A stretch of 64,000 bases of DNA. It comes from Camelus ferus. Lineage: Eukaryota. The DNA is taken from NCBI RefSeq assembly GCF_009834535.1, contig NC_045697.1, positions 102,922,001 through 102,986,000 on the forward strand. The letters run 5' to 3'. Below the pieces are notes generated by a model that saw only the letters and a list, made by a program, of their open reading frames with translations, had not been told where the DNA came from and did not search any database. The position numbers and the translations under genes are program-made. Of this stretch, positions 50,361-63,992 are shown in pieces (the stretch's first letter is position 1; every line of letters begins with the position of its first letter).

Positions 50361-50791
50361 AACAACAAAGAGTCTCTCCTTTGACCAAACGTATCAGGCT
50401 CCCCTGAGTGCTCTTTCTGACTAATCCCTGAGTTTAGACTCTTTCTGTGGCCCATTTAGCCCAGTTTCAGCAATAATCCTGAAACTCCCCACTTTTGATA
50501 TCTGATCAAATTCCTCATCTCCCGTGCTTGGTATCTTATCAGCTAGCCTGCCTGCAGCAAGACCTTGTGGATCTAGCAAGAATCCCCCTAGTCTTAATAT
50601 TTTCTGTTGGTAATTTTCCATCCACTCACCTCCCACCCGGCTCCTTGGCTGTAAATTCTCACTTGTCCTTGTTGAATTTGGAGCGGAGCCCGATCTCTCT
50701 CCCCTACTACAAAACCCATTGTAGTAGTTCCCCTGGATAAAGTTAGCCTTACTGTCTTTAACAAGCGTCATAAATAATTTTTTCTTTAACG
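50361..50791 (+). mobile_element. ERV1 solo LTR (MER31-like)
   Basis: caaagagtctctcctttgaccaaac..gatatctgatcaaattcctcatc..agcaagaatcccccta..ctttaacaag..tttttctttaac. Confidence 0.85.
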
Positions 50792-50909
50792 GTAGGAAGA
50801 AAGGAAGTAGAGAGAGGAAATACGCTAATTTTGCCATTACTCAGAGTGGCTTCAGGCTGACTTTCTAAAGGTCATTTGACAAATTTTACACCAAATTGAC
50901 TTTTGGTGA

Positions 50910-51123
50910 TTCAGGCAGCTCTCAGAAGATGGAAAAGGTAAGAAAACTGATTTTCCTCCTAGAACTTCTGGAAATGAACAAAGTCCTCGTGACACCTTGA
51001 TGTTAGCCCAGGAAGACCCATTTCAGACTTTCGACCTCCAGAACTGCATTATAACAAATTTGCACTGTTTTAAGCTACTAAATTTGTGACAACTCGTTAC
51101 AGCAGCAATAAGAAACTGATACC
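50910..51123 (+). mobile_element. MaLR MLT1C/D 3' half
   Basis: gacaccttgatgttagccc..gacctccagaactg..ttttaagctactaaatttg..aaactgatac. Confidence 0.85.
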
Positions 51124-51129
51124 AGGGCT

Positions 51130-51420
51130 AATTCAATAAGCTATGGTAATCCACACAGAGGAATACCGTGCAGGCTTTACAGAAGAATGAGGAAACGACC
51201 ATGGAACTAGCAGGGAACAATCTCTGGAGTATATACTGAGTGAAAAAAGCAAGAAATGGAACAGTACGTGTAACAGTGCCAACTGTTGTGAGGATGTTTT
51301 AAAACAGAGACATTCAAGGAATGTCTAGGAAGAGTAGTCACTTCCAGGCAGAGAAACTAGGAGGCTGGTGCAGAGGTGGCAGGCAGGAAAATGCTCTTCC
51401 CTGCGTGCCCTTTTTAAAAA
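51130..51420 (+). mobile_element. Ancient L1ME 3' fragment
   Basis: aataagctatggtaatccacacagaggaatac..tgagtgaaaaaagcaag. Confidence 0.55.
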
Positions 51421-51439
51421 TAAGAAATGTGATTTTACC

Positions 51440-51745
51440 AAGGAGGCTGTCCTTGACCCCTCAAAAAGGGTCAGGCTTTTGTGTGATACACTGAGAACTT
51501 TTTGTACTTCTCCTTCACAACCAGATACTATGATAACCTTAACCCCCTATTTCATAATCATAGAATACGAAAGTAAACAGTTCTTGGTCCCAGAGTATTT
51601 GCTCAACGTCTGTCTTACGCACTAGACTCTAAGTTCCACAAGGGCAGGGACCAGTTTAGCTTTGAATAGTACCTAGCCCAGTGCCTAGCACTTAATAGGG
51701 CTTAAATAAATATTTATTGAATGAATGGATGAATTAATTGACGAA
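51440..51745 (+). mobile_element. L2a 3' end
   Basis: ctagactctaagttccacaagggcagggac..cagtgcctagcac..aataaatatttattgaatgaatg. Confidence 0.85.
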
Positions 51746-52314
51746 TGCAGCCAAGTAAAAAGAATAAAAATGGGTCACGATCTAATCAATTATGATTTCC
51801 AAAATTAAACAGATAACTAACCCTAAAATGCAAAATTAAAACCCCAAAGCATATGATAGATATTATCCAAAGATACATAAATGTCTAGCTATAAATAACT
51901 ATCCATCTCATATCAAACTCTATTAACTCATAGCTAAATTTGTTCTCCAGCTTGCTTTATCCAGAGGAAAAGTTTCAACTATTTTTCAACTCGTGGTGTT
52001 AAGATCCCTGGACTGTGTTCACAGATTGAAGCCATTTAACACAGGGTTTGCCTTTTTACAGCTGTGCGCGGCTTCAGCTGTCAATCGAGAGGCCTTTAAT
52101 TCCCAGGCTTTCCCTGTTTGCTCTCTCTCCCTCACTGTGTCTGTTTCTTGCAGCTTCTGCTTCTTGCTGCAACTCTCAGCTTCTTTCTTTTCTTTCATGA
52201 ACAGAACCTAGAAGCCAAGAGGAGGAGAGAGAGATCACTTTCCTATAGACCTGGTGACCCGATGGCTGTCCACAGTCAGGAAAATTATACCCCATAAATC
52301 ATTACTCAGAGAGA

Positions 52315-54482
52315 ATGCTGTTTGTTCACCACCATCATTTTTTTTTCCTCCTGGGCATCCAGCTTCCAGCGAGGCTGCATTCCCAGGATCCTTTGCTGTT
52401 AGGTGGAGCCATTTAACCCAGTTCTGGCCAATGGAACATGGGCCAATCACAGGTCGAGTGGCTGGACGCAGAGACCTGGTGAATTCCAAGACCCTGGAGG
52501 ATGGTGAAACCTGTAGGCTGGAAGCAGCCTGGGTTCCTGAGTTGCCATGTGGAAGAAAGCTACCCGGGAAAACCCATCCAACCACAGACACCTGCTTCAG
52601 GTCAAAAAATATTTTCTGAGTATTTTAAACCACCAGAATGTTAGTGCCTTTATAACAATTCAGAAACTTGAAGTGCGGAGCTGCTGTAGCATAAACCTAA
52701 AATTTGTGAGTGAAGTGGTGACGGGTGAGGAGACTGATGGGAGTAGCTGGAATGATGGATACTATGCTATAAAGCGGCAAGACACTTTGAAAAATGGTTA
52801 CCTGCAGTAACTTGAAAGAAGATCATGTGCTTACTGAAACAGAGCACATGGGGAAGCGGTTGGAAGTAATCTGAGTGCTAGTGTGTGTTGGCTACCATTA
52901 GCTGTCTTTGGTAACGTTTCATAGGGGGAAAAAATGAGCTCAGGAGAGAATTGGCTGGTTTGCAAGCTGAAATGAAAGGGAACAAAGAGTAAAGAAATGT
53001 GGGGTGTTGAAATGTTAGGGTCACTAATGCTTTCAGATTCCCAAATATTAGGAGATAAGGCTTTGAGTATTAAAGTCCAGTGGCGGTACTCCCCGGTTAA
53101 ACAAAAGACTTAGCCCTGAGGCAAAGATCAGATAAGGAATGTGGTCTTCCTTTCTATTCTTTTCATTGGCGGTAGGGTAGAGACCATTAAACTGAGAGAC
53201 AATGGCTTAGGAGGAGGAAACAAACAAATAAATTCGAGAATGTATGTGTAGGTAAAATTTGGGGTGTTTTTAGTGGTATAAGAAACTGGCTAGAAGCTTA
53301 TTAAGTTTTTAAAGGAAATTTATTTATGAAAGATATCATGACCATCTTTTAAATGGCTTTGAAATGTAAAACAGCTTTCGAGCCCAAAAGTCAATCCAAC
53401 AGGAAGCATCCTACAAAACTGTGAAGGCCCTGAGGAGGTCACTTCAGATGTGGCGGAAGGAGACGATGGACAAGATGGAACCTGCAAGAAGGGAGAGATA
53501 GAGGCCAGGGACAACAACGGATGCAGCAGCTCCAAACAGAGGGCCGAATCAAACGGGGTAGGGGGCTTTCAGAGGTCTGTACAATGGGATTTTATAAATG
53601 CATGGACCAGTGCCTGCTTTGTGCTTTCTCCTCTAATCCTTTCCAAATAGGAGAGTTGCTGTTCGTTTGTTTGTTTGTTTTTTGGATGTACCATTCCTGT
53701 CCCCTGATTGTTCATTAAGGAGGGGAGAAGGACAAGCTATGAGGAATCACATGGAGAAGGCTTGTTTCATCAGAAAATGCTGGACCTTAAGCTGATGCAG
53801 AAACTGGGTGGGATTTTGGATTGCCCTTTTGAGAGGAAGATTGGGCGTGTTCTGTGTATGGAAAGAAGTTAACAGATGCTCTGTGAGTAGAAGGGCAATC
53901 TGGAGCCAGGATAGTGCTAAGGGCTTACTGAACCTAGTTTTCTCTTCCTCCTAGACACACAGCTAGACTTTCCCAGCCCTCTTTACTCCAGAGATTGTTG
54001 GGGCCAGGTAAACTGAGTGATGGCCAGGGAGACTGCCACTTACAGGTCTGGTTCCTAAGAGTCTCCCATATGATCACCCATACTCTCTCACCCTTTGTTG
54101 GCCAGAAGCAGAGATCCAAGGAAGGTCTCTTATGCCCTAGGGCAGGGATCCACAAAGAGCCTGTGGGTTTCTCATCTATGGCTGCTTTTGTGCTATAAGG
54201 TTGAGTAGTTGTGACAAACACTTTATGGCCTACAAAGCATAGAATATTTACTAGCTTGTCCTCTACAGGAAAAAAAAAAAAAAAAATGCCGATCCCTGTT
54301 CTAGGGAATGATAGAACCACTGGGTGGAAGAAACCTGCCTCCTCAGTCAAAACCACCACTTGGAGGAGGGCCAGTAGACCAGGAACCACCATGTTGAACT
54401 GTTACCTGAGCTAGAGATAAGCTTTGTTGTAGTCAGTCACTGAGATCTGGGAGGAATAACATTTTCACTCACCCTGCATACA
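52315..54482 (+). mobile_element. Ancient MaLR provirus (MLT1I/J-like): LTR 52315-52662, internal 52663-53900, LTR 53901-54482
   Basis: Two same-orientation related LTRs (ttcctcctggg/ttcctcctaga, tggaagcagcctg/tggaagaaacctg); internal gagctcaggagagaattggctggtttgcaagc typical of MLT1-int; purine tract gagtagaagggcaatc before second TG. Confidence 0.75.
54143..54298. mobile_element. hAT MITE (MER58A-like) inserted in the 3' LTR
   Basis: TIRs CAGGGATC...GATCCCTG; 8-bp TSD ccctaggg (54135-54142) / ttctaggg (54299-54306). Confidence 0.88.
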
Positions 54483-54569
54483 ATTATGAAGGCCTGTGTT
54501 TACCTTGCATTGGAGAGCGAGAAGGTTCTCAGTCACTGCCGTGCTTTGGAACATGGCTTCTGCCATGAT

Positions 54570-54720
54570 TCAGTTATACATCCTGGCATCCAGCCATTCA
54601 TCTATCCCCAAGCATCTCCTGAGTGTTTATTAAGTGTCAGGTACTCAGCTAAGAACACAGTGATGAATAAAAACACACTTGAACTCCGCCCTCCTAGAGC
54701 TTAGGGTTTAATGCAGCAGA
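54570..54720 (-). mobile_element. L2 3' end
   Basis: ccattcatc..ctgagtgtttattaagtgtcaggtact..gatgaataaaaacac..cctagagctta. Confidence 0.65.
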
Positions 54721-55276
54721 CAGTGGGAAGAAAGAGGGGAGCCGCCACCCTCTTCAGACTTGACGTGAGCTTTTCCAGTTTATCAGTCCATCCCACTGGG
54801 CCCGCTGCACTCATTTACCTGTCTGGCTCCTGCAGCATTTAAATCCTCACATCAGAGTAGGTGAAAGGACAACATGGCCAAAGTGCAGAGAAGGAAGGAG
54901 AAAGCATGGCAAGATGTAGCTGACGACCTAGTTAAGGGACAAATGCAGAAATAGTAATAATAACAATAACTGATTCATTCAATATATATTTAATGAGCCC
55001 AGCAGTAAGACCAGCTCTGAGCACAGTTGTGTCCTCAGATCTTAATGCAGAGTCTGCTTGCTTTCTACCCAATTGTTTTGCTCGTCACTTTGTAGTCAAG
55101 AAAGGACCACTGAAGAGGAACTGTGACAGCCCTGGGTTCAAATCTTGACTTTCTTCTTTACTTATATGGTTTTGGAAAATCTACTTTTCTATCCATTGAT
55201 TGAAGAGGTTTTGTCTTGTTTTTTAATTTCCTTGTGCCTTTGCTCATCACACTTGAACTAAGGCCTAGCAGTTTCA

Positions 55277-55559
55277 TTTTTTAAATCAATTTTTTATTGA
55301 AGTATAGTTGGTTTACAATGTTGTGTTAATGTCTGATGTACAACATAGTGATTCATTTATACATAACATATATATTCTTTTTCATATTCTTTTTCATTAT
55401 AGGCCATTACAAGGTATTGAATATAGTTCCCTGTGCCATACAGCAGGACCTTGTTGTTTATCTATTTTATATGTAGTAGTGTATATCTGCTAATCCCAAA
55501 CCCCCAATTTACCTCTCCCCAACCCCTCTCCCCCCAGTAACCATAAGTTTGTTTTCTAT
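55277..55559 (-). mobile_element. Camelid L1 3' UTR fragment
   Basis: ttgaagtatagttggtttacaatg..taaccataagtttgttttcta; degenerate TSD aaggcctagcagtttc / aagacctagtaatttc. Confidence 0.9.
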
Positions 55560-56039
55560 AAGACCTAGTAATTTCTTGCTCCCCATACCCTTGTTGATTG
55601 CCCAGATGTTGGACTTGCCTACCAACCTACCAAGACCCATGGATAGTCTGTGTAATCAGAGCTCCCGACGCCTCGTCTCGTAAGCCTTCACGGCTATTCT
55701 AGACTCCGCCTACCAACTCGAATCTGTGGCATCTACTTTCCTATATCAGTTAAATCGAAGTCCACCAAGGCTTGGCTATGACTTTTTTCTCCCTAGACCT
55801 CCAGATCTCCTATATATTTCTCTGGTTTTTTTCCCTCTTTCCCCACCTCCACTACCAGCCACCCGCATCTCTCACTTGACCTCCCAGGAATCTCTCCCCC
55901 TTGCTCCCTTTTTTTTCTGTACATCTCAGTCTTTGCACGATTTCCCCTGGCCCTTAGGATAAAGTCCACCCTTCCTTACCTGGCCTTCAGGACTCTCAGG
56001 GTGTCAGTAGTTCACTTATAGAAGTAGCACACACCAGAT

Positions 56040-56900
56040 AGTTCAAGATTTTTTTTTAATTTTTAAAAAAATTTAAACACTTGAAAAAGACTGATTTTAA
56101 ATCTCTTTTATAATTGCAAGAGAAATGTAGAAATATTAGAAGTATAAATGAGCAAAAATTAAAAATACATATTGAACTAAAGCCAAGCAAAAATCCAAAA
56201 CTCCCAGGAAAAAAAATCACTATGAACATTTTGGTGCATATCCTTTTAGATTTCTACCCCAGCAAATGTGTGCATTTTTCAGGATTGTACTAGAGATCAC
56301 ATTCTCTTCCAGTTTTTGTATTGTTTAATATGTTATGAAAATTCATCAGCATCACTAAGAATAGAGGTACAATATCATTCTGAATGGCCATATGTATTCC
56401 ATTGTGTGAAATACGATAATTTACTGTTGGGCATTTGGAGTGTTTCCATTTGTTGTTATGGTCAATTTTATGTATCAACTCGATTGAGCCATGGGGTGCC
56501 CAGATTAAACATTACTTCTGGGTGTGCCTGTAAAAGTGTTTCCAGATGAAATAAGCATTTGAATCAATTCCCTGAGTAGACTGCTCTCCCCAGTGTGGGT
56601 GGGCCTTATTTTATCAATTGAGGGCCTCAGTAGAACAAAAGGCAGAGGATGGAGGAATTTGCCCCTTTTTCTGCCTGCTTGCTAAAGCTGGAACATCTCA
56701 TCTTATTTCATCTCATCTTCTCTTGCCCCTGGACCAGGATTTACACCTTCAGCCTCTCTGGTTCTCAGGTCTTTGGATTCTGACTGAATTGCACCACCAC
56801 TTTTCATGGGTCGCCAACTTACAGAGGGCAGACTGCGGGATTTCTCAACCTCTGTAATCATATGAGCCAATTCCTCACTATATATACTGTATATGTGATA

Positions 56901-56938
<38 letters not shown>

Positions 56939-57220
56939 AAATAGGTATATTTTATGTATATCCATCTTCTGTTGTCCTATTGGTTCTGTTTCTCTGGAGA
57001 AACCCTGATTACTAGAGCTGTCATTTCTGATGTTGTCGACACTGCTATTTTAAACAGGTAGATTTTCTAGTACACCTGTTTCTTTCCAGCCTATCTGATT
57101 GCCTCCTGTAGATGGGTTCCTAGGTCCTAGAATTTCTTGGTCAAGGGGCATGAACATTTTTAAGGCTTTGCTACATATTGCCTAACTGAACTCCAAGAGA
57201 GTTTTTAAAAAATGATACAA
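56040..57220 (-). mobile_element. Ancient L1ME fragment split by MLT2
   Basis: cactatgaacattttggtgcatatcc..tattccattgtgtgaa.. resuming ttcctag..ggtcaaggggcatgaacattttt. Confidence 0.6.
56454..57013 (+). mobile_element. ERVL MLT2 solo LTR with internal (TG)n(TA)n
   Basis: aattttatgtatcaac..gtgcccagattaaacatt..tcctattggttctgtttctctggagaaaccctga. Confidence 0.9.
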
Positions 57221-57919
57221 CTCTTAAGTGGAGATCTATAAAAGCAACATCTAAACTTCTGGCCAGTGTTTCTCGAACTGAGTTTCTCATCCAATTGTTT
57301 GGTTTTTTTCCAAAATGGGATTTCTTATGATTGACATCATCCATTATGAAGAAGTCCTCCTTCTGAACTTCCAGCTTTGCGACCAGAGAGCAGCCCTACT
57401 TCTCACTAATATCTCCAGGGCGCTTGCAATATTCCCAGCTCTGTTTTGATAAGTCAGCTATTTCCTTGAAACGGTATGAAGTCAAAGCAGGGTTACCGGG
57501 CTGTCGGGACAGTGACACTGTAAAATCACCGAAGCTTAGACCCCAAAGCAGAAAGAGATTTCAAGAAACCATTTGGCCCAGTTCTCTGGCTTCAGGGAGA
57601 TAAGATACTCCATTAGCAAGAGAGTTTTAGAAGATCTAGATTGCTTTTGGCAAGGAATGGTGTCTCTCCCGTCATTGTGTTAAGATAAAACAGAAAACAC
57701 TCTACAAGGAAAACAAATGGCAATTAAAATTAAAGTGTTCCGCCTGTGAAGGAATGGCACATAGAGTAGTAACCACATCAACGCTAGACTTCCCTCTATT
57801 CATTACCTGTTTTTAATTTGCCTCCAGTGCCACATCCTTCCCCCAGAAACTGGGATAGAAATTGCCATCAAGTCATCTACCATGGAGGGTCCTATCTACT
57901 ACCAAGGTGTTAAATTTTT

Positions 57920-58330
57920 TTTAATTTTATTTTCTCTACAAAGAATGTTTAAAAATTAAGGGAACACCATCATCTTAATATCATCTTAATACATGCCTTA
58001 CTATTTTAAAACAATCACTTTTATCATCTTGGTACATTTTTGTCTTTTGGGAGTACATCCCCACAGAAGTGGTTTTCATCATATACGTATATATTTAGTA
58101 TTTTCGAGTGCTTTTTTCCCCTTAATATTATCTCATAACAATTTTCATGTGATGAATCATAGATAAAACTATTCTTTTTTAATGATGGCAGAATACCATA
58201 ATTTACTCAATCTTCCTAATTTTTAATTATAAATTACAAGATGGTAAAGATGTTCATGCATGGAGTATTCTCCAAATTTTTGATTATTGAAGAAGATTGA
58301 TTTCTAGACATTGAATATCTTGTTCAGTCC
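57920..58330 (-). mobile_element. Ancient L1ME-like fragment
   Basis: T-rich, ttttttcccctta..ttttttaatgatggcagaatacc..ataatttactcaa. Confidence 0.5.
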
Positions 58331-58715
58331 ACCTGCATGGTTAAATCTTATACAATGAGGATACGTGTTTCACCCGAATGTGGGGATTGTTCCAGATCAA
58401 ATATTTTAGGAAATCAAAGGGGAGAAGTGGACTGGGACTGTGAAATTGTGAAAATAGAGGAATAGATCAACTTTCTGAGAGATATGTCTTATCTGTAAAT
58501 AGGTGTAGTCACAGATTTTTCTTAACTGTTGTCGCCTTGGGAGCTGAACTTTTCCATCACTTTCAGTTGGTGGGAGGTAGGTGTAGGCAGGCACCATCAC
58601 TATTCCTTCTTAATCTTTTTTTTTCCGATGATGTGTCATGTATAACACAGTGCCTGGTACTGAGTGAGTGATTAATAAGGCTCTGTTCAATGGGTGAATG
58701 AAAGCATGCATATGG

Positions 58716-58793
58716 AAAAATTTTATACCACTATATTGTACATCTGAAACTAACATTATATTATAAATCAGCTATATGTCAATTGAAAAAAAA
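58716..58793 (+). mobile_element. L1 3' tip
   Basis: tgtacatctgaaactaacattata..aaatcagctata; TSD aaagcatgcatatgg / aaagaatgcacatgg. Confidence 0.8.
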
Positions 58794-60050
58794 AAAGAAT
58801 GCACATGGGCTTTGATCTTAAGCAGAGGGTGGTTCAAATCCTGTTTCTGCCATTTACTAGCTGTGGTACTTGTTAAGCAGATAAATTGCTGTGGAACACA
58901 ATACAGGCTGTGTTCTGGATAAATTCCAGAAGTCAAGTGCCAAATCCTTTTGTAGTTTTCTTATGTGAAACCTTACATTAAATTCTTAAGTGGAAAAAGC
59001 AATGCCCAAAACATATCTCAACATGAAATCTAAAGGCTCTGAGGTGATACACTGAGAGATTCTTTACAGTAGGAAACCACTGGGGGCTAAGATGATTTTT
59101 GAAAATCAGCTTTTATTTCCTTTAATTGTTGCCAACTCTTATAATTGCTGAACCCTTGCCTGCCAAATAGCTTGGTGACCTCACCTACCGAGGGGGGCAG
59201 TAGGAGTTGTGGAATGGACACCATCCTTGGTTTTTGATAAGATGATTGACCTTGGCTGAGCAAATACCGCTGACCTAGGGTACTTCTTCCTTTCTAAGAT
59301 TTCTGTAGTGTCAGCACCTTCAGGAACCTAACAAGCATAGCAAACAAAAGCAGCATCTTTGCTCCAACTCCATTTCAATAAGGTGAGTTTTTAATGGACC
59401 CTGTTGTAGGGAGCAGGCTTAGGAAACCACACATGACAAATTATTTCTGGATTCTAAGGTTGTTATTCAGGGGCCAGCAAAATAGAGCTTTAAAGGTTAG
59501 TTCACCTGCTATCAGGAAGATTTTTCAAAGGGAAGCAATTTTCATAGACCTTTTTTTGGCCTTCAACCAGGAAAACTGCAGTTTTGTTAAAAAAAAAAAA
59601 TCTTGGGAGCTAACAGGGGCATGGAGCCGGAGTGGGGATCAAGTGGAGTGTCCATTTCAGGGTCCCAGACTGTGAAATCAGCCTAATGTGCACCGGTGAG
59701 CTGTTTGCCCCATCCTCCCTCACAAGGTTCTGCAGGTGAAGGATGCAACGAAGTGGGTTTGGAAGCTGGGGCAGAGCGTGGGACTGGTACTCAAGTCAGG
59801 GTCAGATGGCATCTCTGGGAAGCTTGTTGGAAATGAAAGGAGTCTACCTGTCCTTCCACCTAAGAACCCTTGTTGCTCTGCTAGAGTGGGGAGCTCACTT
59901 GTCTTGCATCCCAGCCCTCTTCCTCGAAGGCAGGAGTGCGAAGCACAGATGTTGCGTTCCTCTCCCTCCTGAGAATCACGCCCCCCTCCACCTCCCCACT
60001 CCTTCCACCTCCCTTTTGTTAAGATAGGAAAAGAGAAATTTGTAAGATGG

Positions 60051-60522
60051 TGTATGGGTCAGGGTTCTCCAGAGAAACAGAACCAGCAGGATACAATGGC
60101 ACATATCATATATAATATAAAGGGATATTTTATATATGTAAATATATGATATTATGGAGAGAGACTGATTTCAAAGGATTTACATGATTGTGGAGCTAAG
60201 TCTGAAATCGGTAGGGCAGGCTGGCAGAAACGCTTTGTCATGTCAGGAGCTGACGCTGCAATCTTACGGCAGAATTCCTGCTTTCTCCGAGAAACCTCAG
60301 TTTTGCTCTTAAGCTCTTTCAACTGATTGGATAAGGTGCACCCAGATTGCCAGAGCTAATCTCCTTTACTTAAAGTTAACTGATTAAAAAAAGGAAGTAA
60401 AAAATAAAGTTAAGGGATTCAACCTCATGTACAAAATACCTTCACAATCTAGATTAGTCATTTATTAAATAACTAGGTACTACAGCCTCATCAACTTGTC
60501 ACATAAAACTGACTCTCCCAGA
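60051..60522 (-). mobile_element. ERVL MLT2 solo LTR
   Basis: tcagggttctccagagaaacagaacca..tttcaactgattggat..aaaataccttcaca..cacataaaa. Confidence 0.9.
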
Positions 60523-60559
60523 CAGTCTTCTTAGGAATATATACATACACCCACATTTT

Positions 60560-60676
<117 letters not shown>

Positions 60677-61114
60677 AATTTTAAATTGAGCCATGAGAGA
60701 CACACTAAGTAGGCTAACACTCTAGTTCTCAAGTTTGTTTTTTTTCTCCTCTTACCCCATTCTCTTCTTTAAAGGAGACAAAGCTAATAAGACTGAGACT
60801 AATTCACACCAAAGTGTAATTGACTGATGTCTCCTCCCAGAACCCAAGGAGAAAGTTATGTACTGAAAGAGTGAAGCTTATCTAATCAAATGAATATTGA
60901 CTCACTGGCGTGACTAACTGAGGGAATGCAGCAGTGTCGCCCACCAGGTCTTCCTGCCTCCTGGGAACCTGGCACCCTTCACTGCACCTTCATTCTCCTA
61001 TAAATATTGAGTATATTCCCTGAGTCCCTTGGATCCAAATGAGTCCCTACAAGCTACATCTTAGTAGACTTTTCCCCAGACTTCAGTATGTAAACAATGA
61101 CCTTAAAAGATGGT

Positions 61115-61245
61115 AAACCTGTTCATTCCAAGCCCCATTTCTAGAGATTCTGGATCAGCAAATGTGGGTGTATCCAGAAATCTTTATTTTTTTTTTTTAA
61201 CAAAAATCCCTCCTGGGTGACATCTTTTTTGAAACACGGTTCCAG
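61115..61245. mobile_element. hAT MITE (MER5A-like)
   Basis: attcccaagcccca..agagattctggatcag..ttttaacaaaaatccctcctgggtga. Confidence 0.6.
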
Positions 61246-63895
61246 GGCAAGGTACAGATACTCCTTTGAGAGCCAACTGAAGAAAAGCTATCTCCAGCCC
61301 CAGCTGTGCTGAGAACCCCCTAAGGAATTGTGGGGAGACCAAAGAAACAAGTACCAACCCCTCCTCCCTCCAGGGACTCTGGGAAATAGATGAGAAGGGA
61401 AGCTTGCAGTTAAGAGACAACAGGTGAAAACCAAACAGGTGGTCTAATGTGCCTTGCAACAGTGATGCTGACTGTGTTCGGGCGTAGGTGAGAGCCTGAA
61501 TAACACATGCCTCTTGCTTCATTCAGTTTCAGGCAGTGCTTGCGGCCAAAAGAAACTGAAGAACCGTGATGGCTTGTGTGCGGCTGACCCGCCCGTGCTG
61601 TCTTGACTCAAGCCTGCTCAAATGTAGCAGAGGTTCTCAGACCTTCCTCAGAGGAGAAGGGGATGCCTGCCTCTCACTTCTACCTGTCGCTGTCCTGCCA
61701 TTCCTCCCAACCACCCTGCGAGGGGCATTGTGGAACTTGTCATTCAACAAATTGGCTTGGCAGATGCTTGGCTTCTCTGTTTTGGGGGGCAGGGAAACCT
61801 TTTTTGAGAGCATGAATTGTCTTACTCTCCTTTGCCCAACACAGTGTCAGGCATAGAATATGAGCTCAGAAAATACCAATACCTTCACATTTAGACGCGA
61901 AAGACAATGATGGAGTATTGACTCACTGCCTGGGGAACATCTTGGAAGATCTCTGACACAACGGCACGAGTTGATGGGAAATAGTGCTTATATCGCACCT
62001 TGTGGTGTAAATCAATAGAAAGACGCCAGCTGCCGTTTTGCCCGTCTTAGAGCTGTAAGAATTTGGGTAATAATTATTCTTGATTAATCCCAATATGTTG
62101 AAAAACTGTCTTTGTTCAAATGGTAAAATGTGAGGAGGACTGCCTTGGGGGGAAAATATATATAAATAGCATTATTTTAAATTATATTTGTGAAGAAGGT
62201 GGCTACAGACTTACAAATTCCCATTTGCTTGAAATAATGCCAGCACTTCATATTTAAGTCACAAATGTGGACTTTTCAGACAGAGGACTCTAGGAAGAAA
62301 GACATAAATTTTAACCAACATTTTCCCCACGTTGGTACTTAAAGAAAGAGAATCAACTCTACACTTATGAGGAATGGGACACTTTCATATTTAGTGAAAG
62401 AATGCTGGAGCAAGTTATACAGTTCTCAACATGTCCGTCTTTAGCCGGAAAGGAAAAATCTGATCGAGTATTTCTGAGTTCTTTGATGAAAAAGGTGTTA
62501 AGACGCATTGAGACAGTTCCCCTGGTAAGAAAAGGGCTCCCAGGACACACAGCTGCTCAAGACAGCGTGTGTTCAGGGAACAGCGAGAACATTACTATCC
62601 TTAATAATAAAAAGCTTCATCCTTTCCCAGATGCCAAGACATAGTCGAATGTCTGGGGCCAGTTCCAACTCCTTTTGGTCAGCCCTCTCTCACCCCCTGT
62701 GGTTGTTCTTTTAGCAGCAACGTGTAAAAGTAAAAAACACGCAGACTCGCAGATGCGCCCTGCAGGAAGAAGAGGGAGCGAACATACCCGCAGTTCCTGC
62801 GCTGGGGGTGGGGGCAGCTGCTGAACCGCACGTACGCACAGAAAGGCAGGTTTCAAGATCGAGGACACAAATAGTGCTGCATCGTGTTTCCCCAACTGCA
62901 TTTGATATTTCATATTTTTATTGCTTTTTCTGGGAATAAATGTGAAATTGTCTCAGACATCACATGGCTGTTCTAGGGCAGGTCCCTGTTTCCTCTTTCA
63001 GGTTAATAGAGGAAGTCATTCTGTTCCTCTTCCAATCTTCAAGCATGAAACTTGGGTCTACGGAATCCCCAGGAGTGAAAACTTTGTACTTTGATCACTG
63101 AAACGAAGTTAGGCGAAGTTAACTTTGTCAAATGATACATAATTATTATATATACATGCATTTTTACTTAGTGACAATGATGTAATACTGGGGGAATGTC
63201 TTTATTATTATTAAGCATATGTTAAAACAGTGATGATAAATTTTCTCAAATAGCATGGTAACTTCTGGATTTGTGGACAGGAGAGAGCATTGTTTAAAAA
63301 TGAGAGCTTTTGCAATCGAAAGAGATCCAAACCAGCCCCTCCGGGATATCACAGGGGTGAAATTCCATGCTTAGTCATGTTATCAAGGGCCTCAGAATAC
63401 CTGGAGGAGATAGGATCGGACGATACGGGCCACGTATCTGATGTGATGGTCTGAAGGACTGTCTCACCACAGGCTTTCAAAATACCTGGAGTTCCACCTT
63501 CGGAGCCATAAGATGGCCTCCAGAAAGTTCAATTAACATGCCACTATTTTACCTGCGAGGAGTGTTGCATTAATTTATTAACACTTGGCATGGATAAGAT
63601 AAGCAAATTGTGATGTGCCCTAGAGAAATGACTCAATGGGAAAGATTTTGAAGATGAGAAAGGAGCTATAGCGGTCCTGAGTAGAGACCCTTCTTGGGTC
63701 TGGGGAGAGACAGCAGGGACATGGGACAAGTGTGTGAACCCTAAATGAGGGTGGGTAAGGGGACAGTCTCAGGACCTGGTATTCTGGATCATTTGATGGT
63801 AAACTCCACCATGTGAGGGCAGAAGTTTTCAGATTCTGAAAACTGGGGAAATGTCCCACTGGTTGGGTGAGGCTGAAATGAAAACTCAACTTTAC

Positions 63896-63992
63896 GGGGA
63901 GGATATAGATCAGCGGCAGAGTGCCTGGTTAGCCTGCACGACATCCTGGGTTCAAACCCCAGTACCTCCATCAAGAAATAAATAAAATAAAC
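63896..63992 (+). mobile_element. Vic-1-type SINE (diverged)
   Basis: ggggaggatatagatcagcggcagag..tcctgggttcaaaccccagtacctcca + (AAAT)n. Confidence 0.88.
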
